This document shows positions 1-14,262 of a stretch of 64,000 nt of DNA, piece after piece. Position numbers and translations under genes: made by a program. How positions within the stretch are numbered: position 1 is the first letter of the stretch; each line of letters starts with the position of its first letter. Source of the stretch: Octopus sinensis. Lineage: Eukaryota. The notes beneath the pieces were generated by a model that was not told the origin of the DNA, did no database searches, and saw nothing but the letters and a program-made list of their open reading frames with translations. The DNA is taken from contig NC_043003.1 of NCBI RefSeq assembly GCF_006345805.1, positions 108,624,001-108,688,000 on the forward strand. Reading direction: 5' to 3'.

Positions 1-103
1 AGAATTTGGTAACTATAAATGGAAACTGTGTGTTTGGATGTCTATGTTAATTTTATCAATGCATCAAGTTATGTTCTTTTATGTCAAGAATCTAATATAT
101 TTG

Positions 104-152
<49 letters not shown>

Positions 153-1810
153 CAAGCTGAAACAAGTACTGTTGCCAATACGATCAATTTAAATGCTTTA
201 AAAGATGTTGTGACAGCATAACCATAGTCCCATGACTGAAACCAGTCTTACATAATTTCCCTGTAGGAGGGTTCTGCTCAAAATATACGTAACTACTCTC
301 TTCATAGTACAATAATGATTTCAAATTTTGGCATGTGGCCAATAAGTTTAAAGGAGAGATAAGTCAATTATATCGACCCCACTGCTCAACTAGTACTTAT
401 TTTATCAGCCCTGAGAGAATGAAAGCAAAGTCAATCTTAGCAGAATTTGAACTGAGTATGTAAAGATCCAGAAGAAATGCCACTAAGTAATTTGTCCAAC
501 ATACGAATGATTTTGCCACACATCACACGTTACTTTTTATTGTGGTCACTCTTGCTAACACAGATCTTCGCGTCTCTTGTGTTCTAATAATTATACAAAA
601 ACTTTAATATTATTATTAGTCCCACACATATTCTCCAATAATTCTAGCACCCAAAATTATTTTACAGCAAGACTGTTTTACACAGAACATGTATGGGACT
701 TTTTTTCACAAAATTAATTGGGTCCTTATATAAATGAATTATTATTGGAGTTGTTAGAGTTGATATTAAATGTTGTGATCCCTAAGAATTCAACTAGAAT
801 GATGATACTTCTACACGCAATTTGAATTTTTAGTAGACAACCAAACCTATGCATTCTTGATGTTTATTTTATTATCTTTTATATGATGAGCTAAATAAGA
901 ATGGCTTTTCATGCCCATAGCTTGCAATTGTTCCTTAAGAGTGCAAAGAGTAGTTGCCAGAGTAATAAGGTTTAGTGAGGGAAGTGCAGTAAATAGGGAA
1001 TTTAAAGTGTGCTAAAACAATCTGAAGGATTCAAAATTAAAACAATAAAAATTAAAACAATAAAAATACAACAATAACAATAATAATAATAATCCTTTCT
1101 ACTACAGGCACAAAGCCTGAAACTTTTGGGGAAGGGACTAGTCGATTACATCAACCCCAGTACTCAACTGGTACTTAATTTATTGACCTCGAAAGGATGA
1201 AAGGCAAAGTCAACCCTGGCGGAATTTAAACTGAAAATGTGAAGAAGCAGAAGAAATGCTACAAAGCATTCTTCTGAAACTAATGGTTCTGCCAGTTCAA
1301 TACTTTAATAATTATAATTTTTAACATGATAAAAATTATTTATAACACAGGCGCTAGTCCTCGTTTCTTTTAGGGATGAGGTAAATAACATTGACCCTTC
1401 AGAAATTTTGGTAAAATCTGAAACCAGAATGCAAAGAAGGGAAACTAATAACTACTTTTAAACACTTTGGCATTCTACCGATTTTGACACATTTCTCACA
1501 TTAGCATAAGGTGTCAAATTTGGGTGGGAAGACTTACAGTTAGTATGATATACTAATATGTACTCTGATGAGATGGAAGACAAAACTGACATTAGCAAAA
1601 TTTGAACTTAATGTCAAAAGATAACTAAATACAGCAAATCAGTTTGTTTGGTACTTTATCAATCCTACCACTTATATATTGGTATGAAGCCACAAATTCA
1701 TAAGAGGACTGTAACAGTCTGAATAAACTTCATTATATAACTGGTATTAATTTTCTGTCACAAAGAACCTCTGTTATCTTAATAATTTGGCTTGTGTCAT
1801 TTCAGCTTAC

Positions 1811-1967
1811 CTGTGGGACTCTCAAACATGTCTCACACCTGGTGAGTGTGCACCTGTGATTGGAGTTAGCCTTCAGATACATGTCAGAGATTAAATTCAT
1901 GGAGGAATTGATTATCCTGACCATCAGGAAAATAGGACATAGCCTGGTACCATAAGCTCTATGGATC
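1811..1967 (-). other. candidate orphan exon (coding or UTR) of an unidentified transcript
   Basis: Acceptor catttctggttccttatgtag, donor CAG|GTAAGC, 157 nt; one frame open throughout (IHRAYGTRLCPIFLMVRIIN...CLRVPQ); no recognisable domain. Confidence 0.35.
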
Positions 1968-3832
1968 CTACATAAGGAACCAGAAATGGTAAAATAAATT
2001 TCATGAGAAATGAAACTAAATTGCTGTTGGGTAATTAGCAGAACATTACTGTTTCTGAAACAGCAGATTCAATGTAACCTGATATTATAGGTACCCTGAA
2101 GTTGTATGTGTTGTATTAATTTTCTAATATAGAGTATAGGTCTACCTTTACTAGTTAACAACAAAAAGGTAAATTCTTTGAAACGGAGAAAAAAAGAAAT
2201 ACAAGCTGAAAAGGAAAAGAATGTAAATAAAGAAATAAATTCAAATATTTAATCACAATTTTGGCTGAAAATATAAACAATATTTATAACTCAATGGTGA
2301 GCCAGCTTCTTTCAGTCACAAGATTATGACATTGATTCATTTATGTGTGTGTGTGTGTGTGTGTGTAGACATTTCCCAGCTGTGAATTTAAAGTGTTACA
2401 CTACGAATTACATGGACAGGATTTCAAACTTAATAACTACAACAGCCATTGTGTGGTATAACCAGGCAAGGCACATAACTCTGAAGTTTTGCATGCTTTT
2501 GTTAACCAAGTTTTCCATAGCAGACTTAGTTAACACAAACAGTTTCACTCCTACTTCATACTTTAAGGTGCAAGAATAAGGAAATGCAACATAACATTGC
2601 CAAGTCAATCGACTCAATACTATACAAATTTGCATCTGATCTTTTAATGGGAATCAAAAATTATGTAATATAGTACAAATTAACAAGAAGACTGGTTGGT
2701 TAAAATATCATGCATCACCATTAGCCTTACAACAGGAGTTCCTGATATTTTTCAACCAAAGTACATCTTGGTAACTGTTTGAAAGTAAACTTACTCCTGC
2801 ACTATTTTGTGCAATAATTCAAGTTTACACTTCGGCCAAAATAAAGGGTGGGGTTTAAAATATCGTTTTAAAACATTCTTATTTCTAAGTTAAAATGATG
2901 CTAATATCAATGATCTAATAATGATGAATGGATACCAGAACCAAACTCAAACATCTGAATAAGACCACTTGGTAAAGTAATTAAAAAGTATGGGCTATAG
3001 GTGACAGAAAATAAAATTAGTATTTTTCATCAAAGTAGGTCCACTTCATTTTCTTCATAACTTGACATTTAAAAGAAAAATATAATTGAAAAAAAAAAAA
3101 GTACAAATGCAGGATCAGCAAATTTAATTCCTAAGCAAAGAGAAATGAACCCTTCAGGGATTACATTCACCCCAATTTGGGATCACCTCTTTCATATCTT
3201 GTAATATATGTGTGTGTATGCTCTATGCTAGCGTAAGTTAAACAAGTTTGTATTATAGCAATTTTTTCTGGAACAGTTAACTCACTGCCAGCTTGAGGTA
3301 GTGTTCTTTTGACAATGAGAAATGTATATCTACTGGTACAAGTTGAATGATTTATTTACTGGAGCTATCATTTTGCAGCTGGATATCTTCATCACTTTAA
3401 TTAAGAACTCAATCATGAAGGGATAAAACCAACTTTTGTCAACTAGGTAAGCTGGAACAATAACCAATAATTATTGGGGAATAGTTGATTAAACCAACAA
3501 CCAATTCTTGATTGGTACTTTATTTTATTGACTCTGAAAGGACGAAAATCCAAGTTGAACTCAGCGGGATTTGAATTCAGAACGTAAAATGTTGAATCTA
3601 ATACTACAAGGTATTTTACCTAACACTAATGATCCTGCCAACCCACAGTTCCCATAATGGTAATAAGGGTCCAATGGGATCCAAATGAAATATTCTGTGA
3701 ATAAGAGTCCTTCATCTGTATGAGGGAAAGTCCCAGGCAGTGTCTCAGAAATAAAAGACACACAGAACAATATTATAAATACAATATTTACAAAATTAGT
3801 TAAATGCTGGAAAGAAGAAAAAAAAGAATATT

Positions 3833-4440
3833 CTACAGTTTGGAGCTGCTGCCCCACTTCAGAAGAAAGAAAAGGGGAGAAAAAACCCCAGAAAAAGAAG
3901 TTCTATGAAATGAAAATGTATGTTGAATTAGTAGAGAGAAAGGCTGTGTGATGAGTGGAAAATTGGAAGGAATAAGGGAAAGGAGTTTTACAGCTACAAG
4001 GGTGATAGTAAAGGGTCATAAGGGATGAGTAACTCATGTATGTCTGTGTAAATGTTTATCTGTTGCTGTGTGAGTACATGTGTATAAATGTGAGACTGTG
4101 TTAGTATTTTATATATTTGAAGTGTGTGAAAGTTATAAGTAAAACATGGTGTACTGTGAGGTGTGTGTGTAACTATTATAATCAGACCAACAATGTGTGA
4201 GTATTTACATGCATGTTTCAGCAAATGTATGTAGCTACAAGAAATAAAGTCAGTTGTTTTATTCCATTAAGCTGAGCTGTTCCAAGGTGAAGAATGAGTT
4301 ACTGTTATGTTGGAACTGGGATAAAGGAGAATCATGGTGTAAGGTGATACTAGAAATGAATACATGCTAATCTGTGTGGTTAGGTGAAAGGTAATGGTGG
4401 GTAACAGGTCATCTAACATTGCATAGTCAGATACCCTAAA
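3833..4440 (-). mobile_element. Penelope-like retroelement relic: GIY-YIG endonuclease C-terminus plus 3' region
   Basis: Broken minus-strand translations PVTHHYLSPNHT and *Q*LILHLGTAQLNGI resemble the PLE endonuclease end; degenerate hammerhead core at 3833-3862. Confidence 0.6.
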
Positions 4441-6129
4441 GCTGCTCAATAAATGTATTGACTAGTCTGAGACCAGTTTTGCCTACATATAACTTAGTCA
4501 CATAGTTGGCAGACATTGCTGGCAGTGTAGTTGAACTGATCCATGAAATGGAAGACAGAGTTATGTGCCATGTGTAAAATATTGGTATAAAGTTTGAAAA
4601 TTGTGACCATGAGGCCAGTAGTACAGCACAATAATTCCACAGCTATCATGACTGTTGGCGGTATCACATGCACAAACTAGAATTGAGCAATGACACTTCA
4701 GATTCTTTGTGTGTGTGTGTTTTTAAATATATATATACACACAGACACGCACACACACACATATATTGAGAGACAAACACACATACATAAATGGATATGG
4801 ACATTTTAGACGACAATTCATTAGAGCTGAAATATTTTTTCTTGTTATCCTCCCTTAAAATTAAATTTTAAATCTACTCACCCTTTCATTACTGCAATGG
4901 ATTTCTGAAAGAGAAGAAAACAGAAAAGAAAAAGAAAAAAGAAAATCAGACATCATCATCATCATCATCATTGTTATACATCTGCTTTTCTATATTGGCA
5001 TGGATTGGATGATTTTCTGAGACTGTGCTTTATGGCTATATGCCCAACCTATTACCAATCTCTTCAGATGGCTCAAGGTATGCAGGGACAGGGTGTGTGG
5101 TGTAAGAGACAGTAAAAGGCGACAGGAAGCTCATCGGGCTACATAAAAAGAAAAGACCTCAGAAAAATCTTGTCCATGTTTGTATAGAAAGTTGAAATAA
5201 ATATATATTTGTTTGAAGCTGGCGATTTACTCCATTGTTCCTTGGAGTTCTTGCTAAGTGCTATATTTCAGGCACCAAGAAGACTTTATATATATAAAGC
5301 ATAATTTACAGATTTAATGTTTAAGCAAGGAAACTCTGCTTTCACGCATTCATAGATACTATTTCTGAAACAGAATTGTTGAATTTAAAATATTATTTCA
5401 GAAGAGCTATTCCTATGAATCAGCAAAAGCAGAGTTTCTTTGCTTTGTAGTAGTAGTAATAATAATAATAATAATAATATATATAAATATATATATATAT
5501 ATAATATATATATGTAAAGTGAATACAATTACATTCAACATGTTTGTGTCCACTTGGATGTGGAAAGATTTTCTCCATAGAAATTAGGCTATGAATGACA
5601 TCAGTGGACAACAAGACCCGTGTTTCTGTACCATTTTGCTTCATCAACTATAGAAGACAAATCTGTCAGTCATAGCCCAGTAAGAACTGCTGTTCTTACA
5701 TTAGAAAATTTGTTGATGTGCAACAAGCTTTGTCAAGTTAGAATTAATTAACTAGACGAACATGAAGCAGCAAAAATTGAAATATAATTGTGTACAATTA
5801 TATTTAATATGTTCATGTACACCTGGACATGGGAAAAGCTTTGCTATGGGTAGAAATGACTCAGGAGAAGAATTCTCCTTATAGACTATATGAAAATAAA
5901 AGAACAGCAATTCTTAGTGGAATGTGAATGATGGATACAATGTCTCTATCTGAAGAAGTGTAACAATGCAGAAACACATGTCCTAAGGTATGATGACATC
6001 ATTCATGGCCCAGTGGTGTTTATAAGGAGAATTTCTTTCCCTAAGCAATCCATGGCAAATGTCTTTTCACATAATAGTGCGCATGAGCTTGTTAAATACA
6101 ATTGTACACTTTGCTTTGTGCACTTCTAG

Positions 6130-6170
<41 letters not shown>

Positions 6171-7481
6171 GAGACTTACCATCCCCAGTGTACTCTTATT
6201 CTACAAGCAAAGGCATTTAAATTCATGACCCTAGTGATCTGCCCTGCATCCAAGTATCAACTGCAGATATCTTGCATAACTCAACAAAAAAGGAACTGAT
6301 AAAAGATTTTGTAACACTCTCCTCTGCAACAGTTAACAACTAAAACAAAAAAATTAAAGAACTTTTCCAGAACTCGCTAGTTGTTTGAACATTTCAAAAT
6401 TGAAATGAAATCTCTGAAACTCTAGATAATCTTTGAAATAAAGACAATATTAAATCAATACACACACTTAACACTGCATTTGATTAAAATAATTGTGCAT
6501 GTAACAATGTACGTACAAATATAGAACAATGCTAGCTGCAATATTTCGTCTCAGAGAAATTCACAATGAGAGGTGTGAGCATGTTACAAAACACAGCTCA
6601 CTCAGAATGTCATCAGTGGATCATCAGACATTGTTTTGAACTAATCCGGTCTTCACTCATCAGTAATTAACACTCAAGAACTAAACCAAAAAATGCCAGT
6701 TCTGATAATGACATCAGTAAAGAAAAAAAACAAAAAAACAATTCACTGATTTGTGTGAAAGCTAACTGGGCTAGAATTGAATTAAATTAATATGTGTAAC
6801 ATTTGTAATACATATAAAATTGTAGAATGGTGCTAGCTATAATATTTTGTCTCAGAGAAACTTCTCAAAGGGACTTGTAAGTTACAAAACACATAGTTGG
6901 GTCAAATGTCAAGGGTGGAGTGGAGCAAGTCTAAGAAAAATTTCAGAAACAAAATATTACAGCTAGTGTCGTTTCATGCTTGTATACACATTCTAAATGT
7001 TATGTACATCAGTATTTTAAAGGCTATATTTTTGGAAGATATGCTCCATTATATAATTGGGTTCAATCCAGTCTTTAGTAGATCTACTACTGTATCAACG
7101 AAGGCTTCATGACCACAACTAGAAATATCAATAATACACCACTTGATCAACTGTTTCCTGTTTCTACAGCCTTGACCAAAGTTACAGAGCAACTAAATGC
7201 AGCTAACTGTGACAGCTGCTCTTTACAGCTTTAACATCAATGTATCTAGTAAACTTAAAAAACAATAAAACACACCAGTTTCTGGTAGATCTACTTTCAG
7301 TGAAGGCACACCATGACTAGAAATAACCATAAAATATTGTTCAATCAGATGTTTCCTGTTTCTGCAACCTTGACTAAAGTTATGCAACAACTAATAGCAG
7401 CTAACTAACAACAGTTCAATACAACTTTAATGTCAAAGTATCTCATGAACTTACAGAAATAGGACATCAGCAAGTTTTTCT

Positions 7482-7706
7482 TTAACCCTTTTGTTACCAA
7501 CCCACCTGAAACTGGCTCTGGTTCTGAGTACAAATGTCTTGTTTTCATAAGTTTTGAATTAAAATCTTCCACCAAACCTTAGTCACAATTTATGTTCCTA
7601 ACACTAGCTGAATGATAAAGTTATTTTACTAAATTCTTTGTTATATTTAAAATAATTGAAAGAAACACAGAGCATCTCAAAATAAATACAGTAATGAAAG
7701 AGTTAA
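7482..7706. mobile_element. piggyBac-type MITE, family 2
   Basis: TTAACCCTTT...AAAGAGTTAA; related copies at about 36459-36655, 50530-50700, 53590-54045, 55670-55900 and 56030-56255. Confidence 0.75.
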
Positions 7707-10700
7707 TTAGCAACCTACTGACTATTTGTCAATTGGTTCAGAGATGATGTCTGAACAAGCCCCCACTCCATCGATCTCAAAGTGTTTGCTGCTACCAAAA
7801 ATGATACAAACAAGATAAAAAAAAACTAGAATACATATCTACGTCACTGTAACTCTGAGTGTCCCACCACAAAATCTTAAGAAGAAAGGTACACAGGTAA
7901 GTTGGATCTACTTGCAAACTACCAGACAAAAAAATAAAAAGTCCTTTGATTAGAAGTCCACTTGACTAGGGCTGAGCTGGATGTAAACAACAATAACAAG
8001 AACCAAGTCAATCAATTCTCCTCCAATGTCTAGAGTTAGTTCATTGCTGTAAGCAGTTTTGTATAAATTATTCTTTGATTGGTTTCAGTCACTGGTCTGC
8101 TGGAGCAATGTCTTGAGAATTTTATCTCTCCGTTTTTGCATGCAATGCTGAGCATAAATCTCTCCTTGGAAATAAAAAGATGAGATAGTCAAGGCTGGAA
8201 AATATCTGATAATAGGTTTGTTTCATCAAAACCGGGTTGGGTAGAGGAGGACTTAACCAGAACAGTAACAAGTAAAACAGAAGTAACCAAGATTGTTTAG
8301 TTTAGTGCAATCATAATCTCATACACCAGTCTCATATAACTTACGACCAAATACTGAAGCAAAATCTAAGTTAAGATAACCTCTCAAACATTATCAACGA
8401 TGATAATTACATTTAATATCCTCTAACAAAAAAAGAGAGAGAGAGAGAGGCCCAAACACTTTCAGCATCATTGGAGAGGCTTCAATGTGTATTGAGCCAA
8501 TCAACCATGCAGTTGTCAGGTAATATTTTCGAGTCAACATACCAATCAGAAACTTTTAAAAAAACAAAAGCAACAAAAACACACAAAAGATAAAAATTCA
8601 AATAGCAGCATAAGAAATAAACATTACATATACAATAAATACACACTGCAAACGATAAGTAAAAACAACCCTACAAAAAAAAAAAAAATTGGTTAAAAAA
8701 TTGAAGTCACACTTCAATTATCCCCACCGGCCATCCCACCCCTACACAGTTCCTAGAAGCTGCAACTTTCTGACAATTAGTAACACATCTCTACAATCAA
8801 CTTTTGACGCTCCCTTTATGCTGTAATTGACCTTTTTGTCAGATTTCTATTGGACGTACAGTGCCTTTGTTGCAATTAATTTCGAAAAATAGTGAAGAAT
8901 TTAGTAAAAGAACTGTCATTCATTATTAAACCTTTAAAGTTCAGGTTATTCTGTTAAATGGAACGCTTATTTATTCACACTGTTTTGAATTGATCATGAC
9001 TTTATCTTGTGATTTCAAGATTCTGATGATGAGGCAGTTTGTTTTCAAACTGGACAAATCTGGCCCCTCAGACCTATCCTACAATGTCGTTCAAAAAATA
9101 AAATAGGCAGGATATGGCCTGTTTCAATGCTAAAATGTAAAGCTTAGTGTGTGTGTGTGTGTGTGTGTGGAACATAAATTAGCAAGAATTTTTGATAGGT
9201 TTTAATTTAGAGTGCTTTGAAACAGGAAGTTTATAACATAGAATTAGGGGCGGTTTGATTCAGGTCACTTTAAAATGGGAAGTTTTATAATAGAACAGGA
9301 GGCAGGATGGTATCAAAAGGGTCAAGTCCAATCTGTTTCTATTTACAAAGATCAATTCACACCATTTGTTGGCCAAATTTTGGAGAGAATGTATGATCCA
9401 TATGAAAGAAGCATCAGGATTGCTCTGTAGTGATGTCTATTATGTTTTTAAAGTGGTGGTGGAGGTGGGTTAGAAAAACATCAAAAACCAGGTAAATATG
9501 GATAAAGGTGTGCTTCTGCAAGATCACTAAGAATAATAGTTACTTAATGTGTATATATACTGAAATATACACACATATTTCCCTCTCTCACAATAGCAGA
9601 AATACCTTACATTCTTTTAATACTCTATAAGTACACACACTCACACGTATTTTGCAGAGTATTTGTAAGAAAATAATGAATTGAACACACACAGAGAGTT
9701 TATATGTAATCTGTATCAAGAAAGACAAACAAAGGATCAATTCGATGAAACCCGAGCATAAGAAGCAACACACAATCAGAGAAAACGTGGTTATTAAGAT
9801 AGACAAAGTGATGAGGATATGCAAGGGATGAAGGGGGGGGGGAAGTAGCATCAAAATGTGCAGCAAGAGATTGACAGTAAATTTAAGTAGTTAGAAGCAA
9901 GAAAAATAGTCATGCAAAAAGAGGGAGGAAAAATGAGAGATTTTAAGACTTAATAATAATAATGATAATAATAAAAAAAGGAAGTACAAAAGGGAGCAAA
10001 TTTAAAATGAATAGCAGTGTGTTTGTAATATGTATGTTTTAAGCTTGCATTAAAAGCTAAAGGGCAGCTAAGCTAATTGGTTGACAAACTGGCATAACCT
10101 TGCTTACAATATTTTTGTAACTCGCACACAGAGGGGAGAAAGGGAAAAAGATGTTGGGAAGTGAATCCAAGGAAAGCATAAGGCAAATAAAAATCAATTG
10201 TGAGCAAAAATGTTCTTTTTGTATTGAGAAAAAAAAAAAACCCTAAATTTAATATTCTTATGGTTGCCTCTGAGAACAGACAAATTGGCTAAGAAGAAGA
10301 AAAAAAAATGACTGAAGGGAGATAAGGTGGGGAATGGAATTCCTTAGACCAGTTCTACAGTCAGAAGGAAAACAGAGACGTAGTGTTCTGCTGAAACAGA
10401 TTTGAATCCTAACTATTAAGATTTGCTTAAGATTTGCAGTGAGAAGAATAACAAGACAGATGGACAGACAAACAGACAGAGCTAGTTGTGTGCATGGATA
10501 TGTAGCTAACCAGGACCAGGAATGAGCATAACATATAGGTGTGTGTGTGTGTGTGTATGTATACACACGTATCTTATGAAATACCACATGATGGCTCCAT
10601 TTGCTGTGAAAATGCATCATAATTAGAAGATTACCAAAAAGAGGATAGTGAGAGAGAAGGTAAAAAGAATAGGATTAAGACCAACGAACAATGACGGTTA

Positions 10701-10955
10701 GGTAAAAGAAACAAATAGGTTCCAGTATCACTATTGGCAACATGTAACCATGTACTGAGAAAAAGTCAGAAAGAAAATTAATTTCAAGGCTGAACTGCTG
10801 AGAAGAAGAAAGCTGACAGCCAAGATGACATCATACCTGATAAAGAAAAATGATTTTCTGAGTAAAAAGGGAAAAAGTCCCCAAACCTCACAAAAGTTGC
10901 CAGACAGTCACTCTGATAATCAATATAAGGTGACATGAACTGTATGATAAAAGCA

Positions 10956-10992
<37 letters not shown>

Positions 10993-12432
10993 GGGGGAGA
11001 AAAAAACACTAACCAAAATAAGCGTTTGCATATATAAGAAAAGAATGTTGAGATTATATCTATCTATATGCATGTATCAATACATAAACAATATGTAAAA
11101 AACATGGAATATGTGAAACTCCACATTATGTGTGTGTGTGTGTGTGTGTATACACACACAATGGAGCCTAAAACATTATAAAATGCATCAGAGAAGAGAT
11201 ATATGAGACAGTGAAATCATCAGAGAAGAGATATATGAGACAGTGAAATCATGGAAGGAAATGCCAGGATTGCAAAGAGGCTATAAACCTCAAGACAATG
11301 TGATTGTACCAAACTATATATGTAAATAGATTCAACTGTGTATGAAATATTTCTGGACACTAAAATCATTTTATCATCTTGTGTCTGTGTTTCAGCATAT
11401 AGCTATCAGACCATTTTCTACAAAGAAACGAGTGCCAAACATCCAAGAAATGGCAAAATAAAGAAGCTGTTACTTATATAAACAAGGACAATATTTGACT
11501 TGATGCTTAAAATAAGAGCAACAAAGACAGTTGCCATAGCTACAGCATCAATAATTTTTACTAGGCATGCAAAAAAGTTTCAGTAACTAACACCAGTGTA
11601 TTACTGCTATTTCTACAAAATAAATAAATTTTTTAAAAAATCGAAAATAAACCTTGGCAGAATTTGATCTTAGAATGCAATTTGTAATAAGGAAAAGCAT
11701 TATTCTGCATTCTCTTTCATTTATAAGCTACAAAAACCAAAAGTGATTGGAGTGGGGGGGGGGGGTGTCAGTACAAGAACAAAATGAGAAGTGTGTGTTG
11801 TGGAGAAATTCAGTTGGAAGAGAATTAAATTGAATAAAAAAAGACAAGACCAACAATAACAACAACAAACATGAATAAATAGATAACAATGGCAACAAAA
11901 TGAAAGGATCCCTGAATTAAAGATGACCAAAAAGAGTGGCTGAGGTAAGGGTTATCCTACACACAATAGTGGATTATTGATTAAGAAACATACACAAAGG
12001 TAAACACCTTCTCTGAGTGCCTACTACCAACTGAGAGTTGCATAACAGGTCCATTTAGTCATACCAATCCTTCCATAAAATTTGATGGTAGCCTCTCTAA
12101 CACCACCAGTCTTTTTTTCAACAAAGAGTACTTGAAATTGTTGAGAAATTGCTTTCGTCCTCAAACCTTTCAATAATGCCCACAATAATGATAATAATAA
12201 TAATAATAATAATCATAATAATAATATTTTAATGAATTTCAAGTGCCAAACAAACTTCGGTGAACTACCACCCGGTAGGGATATTGGCAGGATTTTTAGC
12301 AATCAGTCAATTTGATTCAAAGCAAAAGTTGAATGAGACAACCATGGGCTTTATTTTATTGTAATTATATGATTTTTAAAAAAATTATTGATGGCACACA
12401 GTAAGCAAACATTCTTTTGGCAAAAGACTCAC

Positions 12433-12468
12433 CGTTGAAATATCTACGAGATATGCTTCCCCTTGTCA
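12433..12468 (-). CDS. probable 36-nt symmetric exon of the catenin gene: (V)TRGSISRRYFN
   Basis: Acceptor ttttatcttttgtcttctag, donor ACG|GTGAGT, phase 1-1, open in the frame left by exon 17715-17962. No homology support. Confidence 0.55.
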
Positions 12469-14262
12469 CTAGAAGACAAAAGATAAAATGCAAAGGAAAA
12501 AATAGATCTACACTGTAACTAAATAAAGCTCACAACTTCTTTTACCTTAATAAACATCCACTCAAGACAGAGTTTAGAAATATATATTTATATATATATT
12601 TATTTACAAACTGAAAAATAATTAAATTGAAATGACAAATATCTATCCACCTTGCAAGGAGCACAGTGTTTCGTGTTCACAAACACATCGTCAAAGGTTA
12701 GAATCAGTACCTGAAGATGTGTTGCGCAAACATGACCCAGAGTCCATTGTGAGGTCAATCATAAAATAAATATTTACTCTGCTTTTTTAAAATGTATAGA
12801 ATATTTCAATGAGGAGTGGTCTTCAGCAGAAAGCTAATAACCTAACAAATATGATGGGTGTATAACAAAGAACATAGCCATTGGATATTTAAATTCTTTA
12901 TTGAGTGTTTCAAAAAGTCCAATGAGTTGTCAGGCACACTAGCATGAAGAACAATATGTTTGTACAAAGAGGGGAGCCTGTAAATGGTCATTTGATTTGC
13001 TAGACACAGAAGCCAATCTCCTCTCAATTTACAATCTATTCTCTTAAGTAACGAAAGAAGATACATTGGACATTCTCATCCCTGATATATGTAGAGCTGG
13101 GATGGTCAGCTGGAACATTTATTGACTATCAATCTGTTTGGTCAACGCAGACCTTGGATAAACAATAGCTGCACACTCACTGCATTTGTTTATATTTTTA
13201 TGTATAAAACAAAAAAAAAAAAAGCTTTATACACACTGAACACACACACACTTTGAAAATATTTTAAAATTATTCACATGATGGTGAGATTAACGAAATA
13301 TTTCTCTTGGCAAAATAAGAGCAAAAGGTCTTAAAGATAAAATTAAAACTTTTTAAGGTATTCAACCCGTAATAAACAACATCCACACAGAAAGTATAAA
13401 GTGTTCAGAGAAATATGGATTTTTGATTGATTTTCAGTAAACTAGGATTACAGGATACAGAACTAAATATCTTCACCCAAGAGTGTAATGCAACAGGACC
13501 AAATGAATTTAGAAGAAAATTTATTTGGCATTCAACAGTGCTTTTGCATGCTAGCTATTTTATTTCATTTATTGAGTTCCATAGTTTCCTTGCAATCAAA
13601 GCTAATCAAAAACTGAGAACAAAACCTCGCAGTTCTTCAGGAACTGTCATTGAACAGCAAAAGGAGTTTGCAATTATAAAAAAAAAAACTTTGTATGGTG
13701 AGCTGAAACAAAAATTCAAACATTTCAAGCAGGGTCACTACAAAGAAAGACCTTGCAGGAAACATGAGAATTTGTAATTCTTTTATCCACTCAAACTTAA
13801 ACATCTGAGATGGAATTGAATAAAATATAAAAACATTTAAGATATATATGTACTCAAACACACACATCTATAGATATTATTTTGAAGAAAAGTTATGTTA
13901 ATCATTTAAAAACACAGCTATACTCTTACATTAACTCATATTTCTTTATAAAGTGACAAAAATAATTTTGTGACACATCTGTGACCAGATTACTGTCACT
14001 ATTCAGCTGTGTGACACAGTGATCAGGTTGTAGATGTACGACACATTGTTTTGACATTTTACAGACTACAATACTATTAAGTACAATACTATTAAGAAAT
14101 AAAACAAGAGCTGACTATAACAGTAGATGCGTGTGTGTTTTTTTAAAATGGCCAACATGACTATTCTTCCATGTACTTGATTCGTTTCCAACCAAGTCAT
14201 GCACCAAGCAAGGACACCTCTGAAATAAATCATCGTTATCATTTTCATCAATATTTCTCACA

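Noticed and set aside
5950-5982. Hammerhead-like CTGAAGA-A-GTGT..ATGC-A-GAAAC-ACAT-GTC
   Set aside because: Canonical GUC site, but stem II is mostly wobble pairs and stem I does not form; chance not excluded.
6620-6668. Minus-strand CTGATGA-G-TGAA..TTCA-AAAC-AAT-GTC
   Set aside because: G12 is missing and stem I is only 4 weak pairs; too degenerate to call.
11186-11250. 32-bp direct duplication
   Set aside because: Only two copies with no spacer; simple slippage, not CRISPR-like.
12710-12776. Possible extra catenin exon ending MDSGSCLRNTSS with donor CAG|GTACTG; near-DSWV nucleotide pattern
   Set aside because: No pyrimidine-rich acceptor in frame; DSWV would need a frameshift and has no stop after it.
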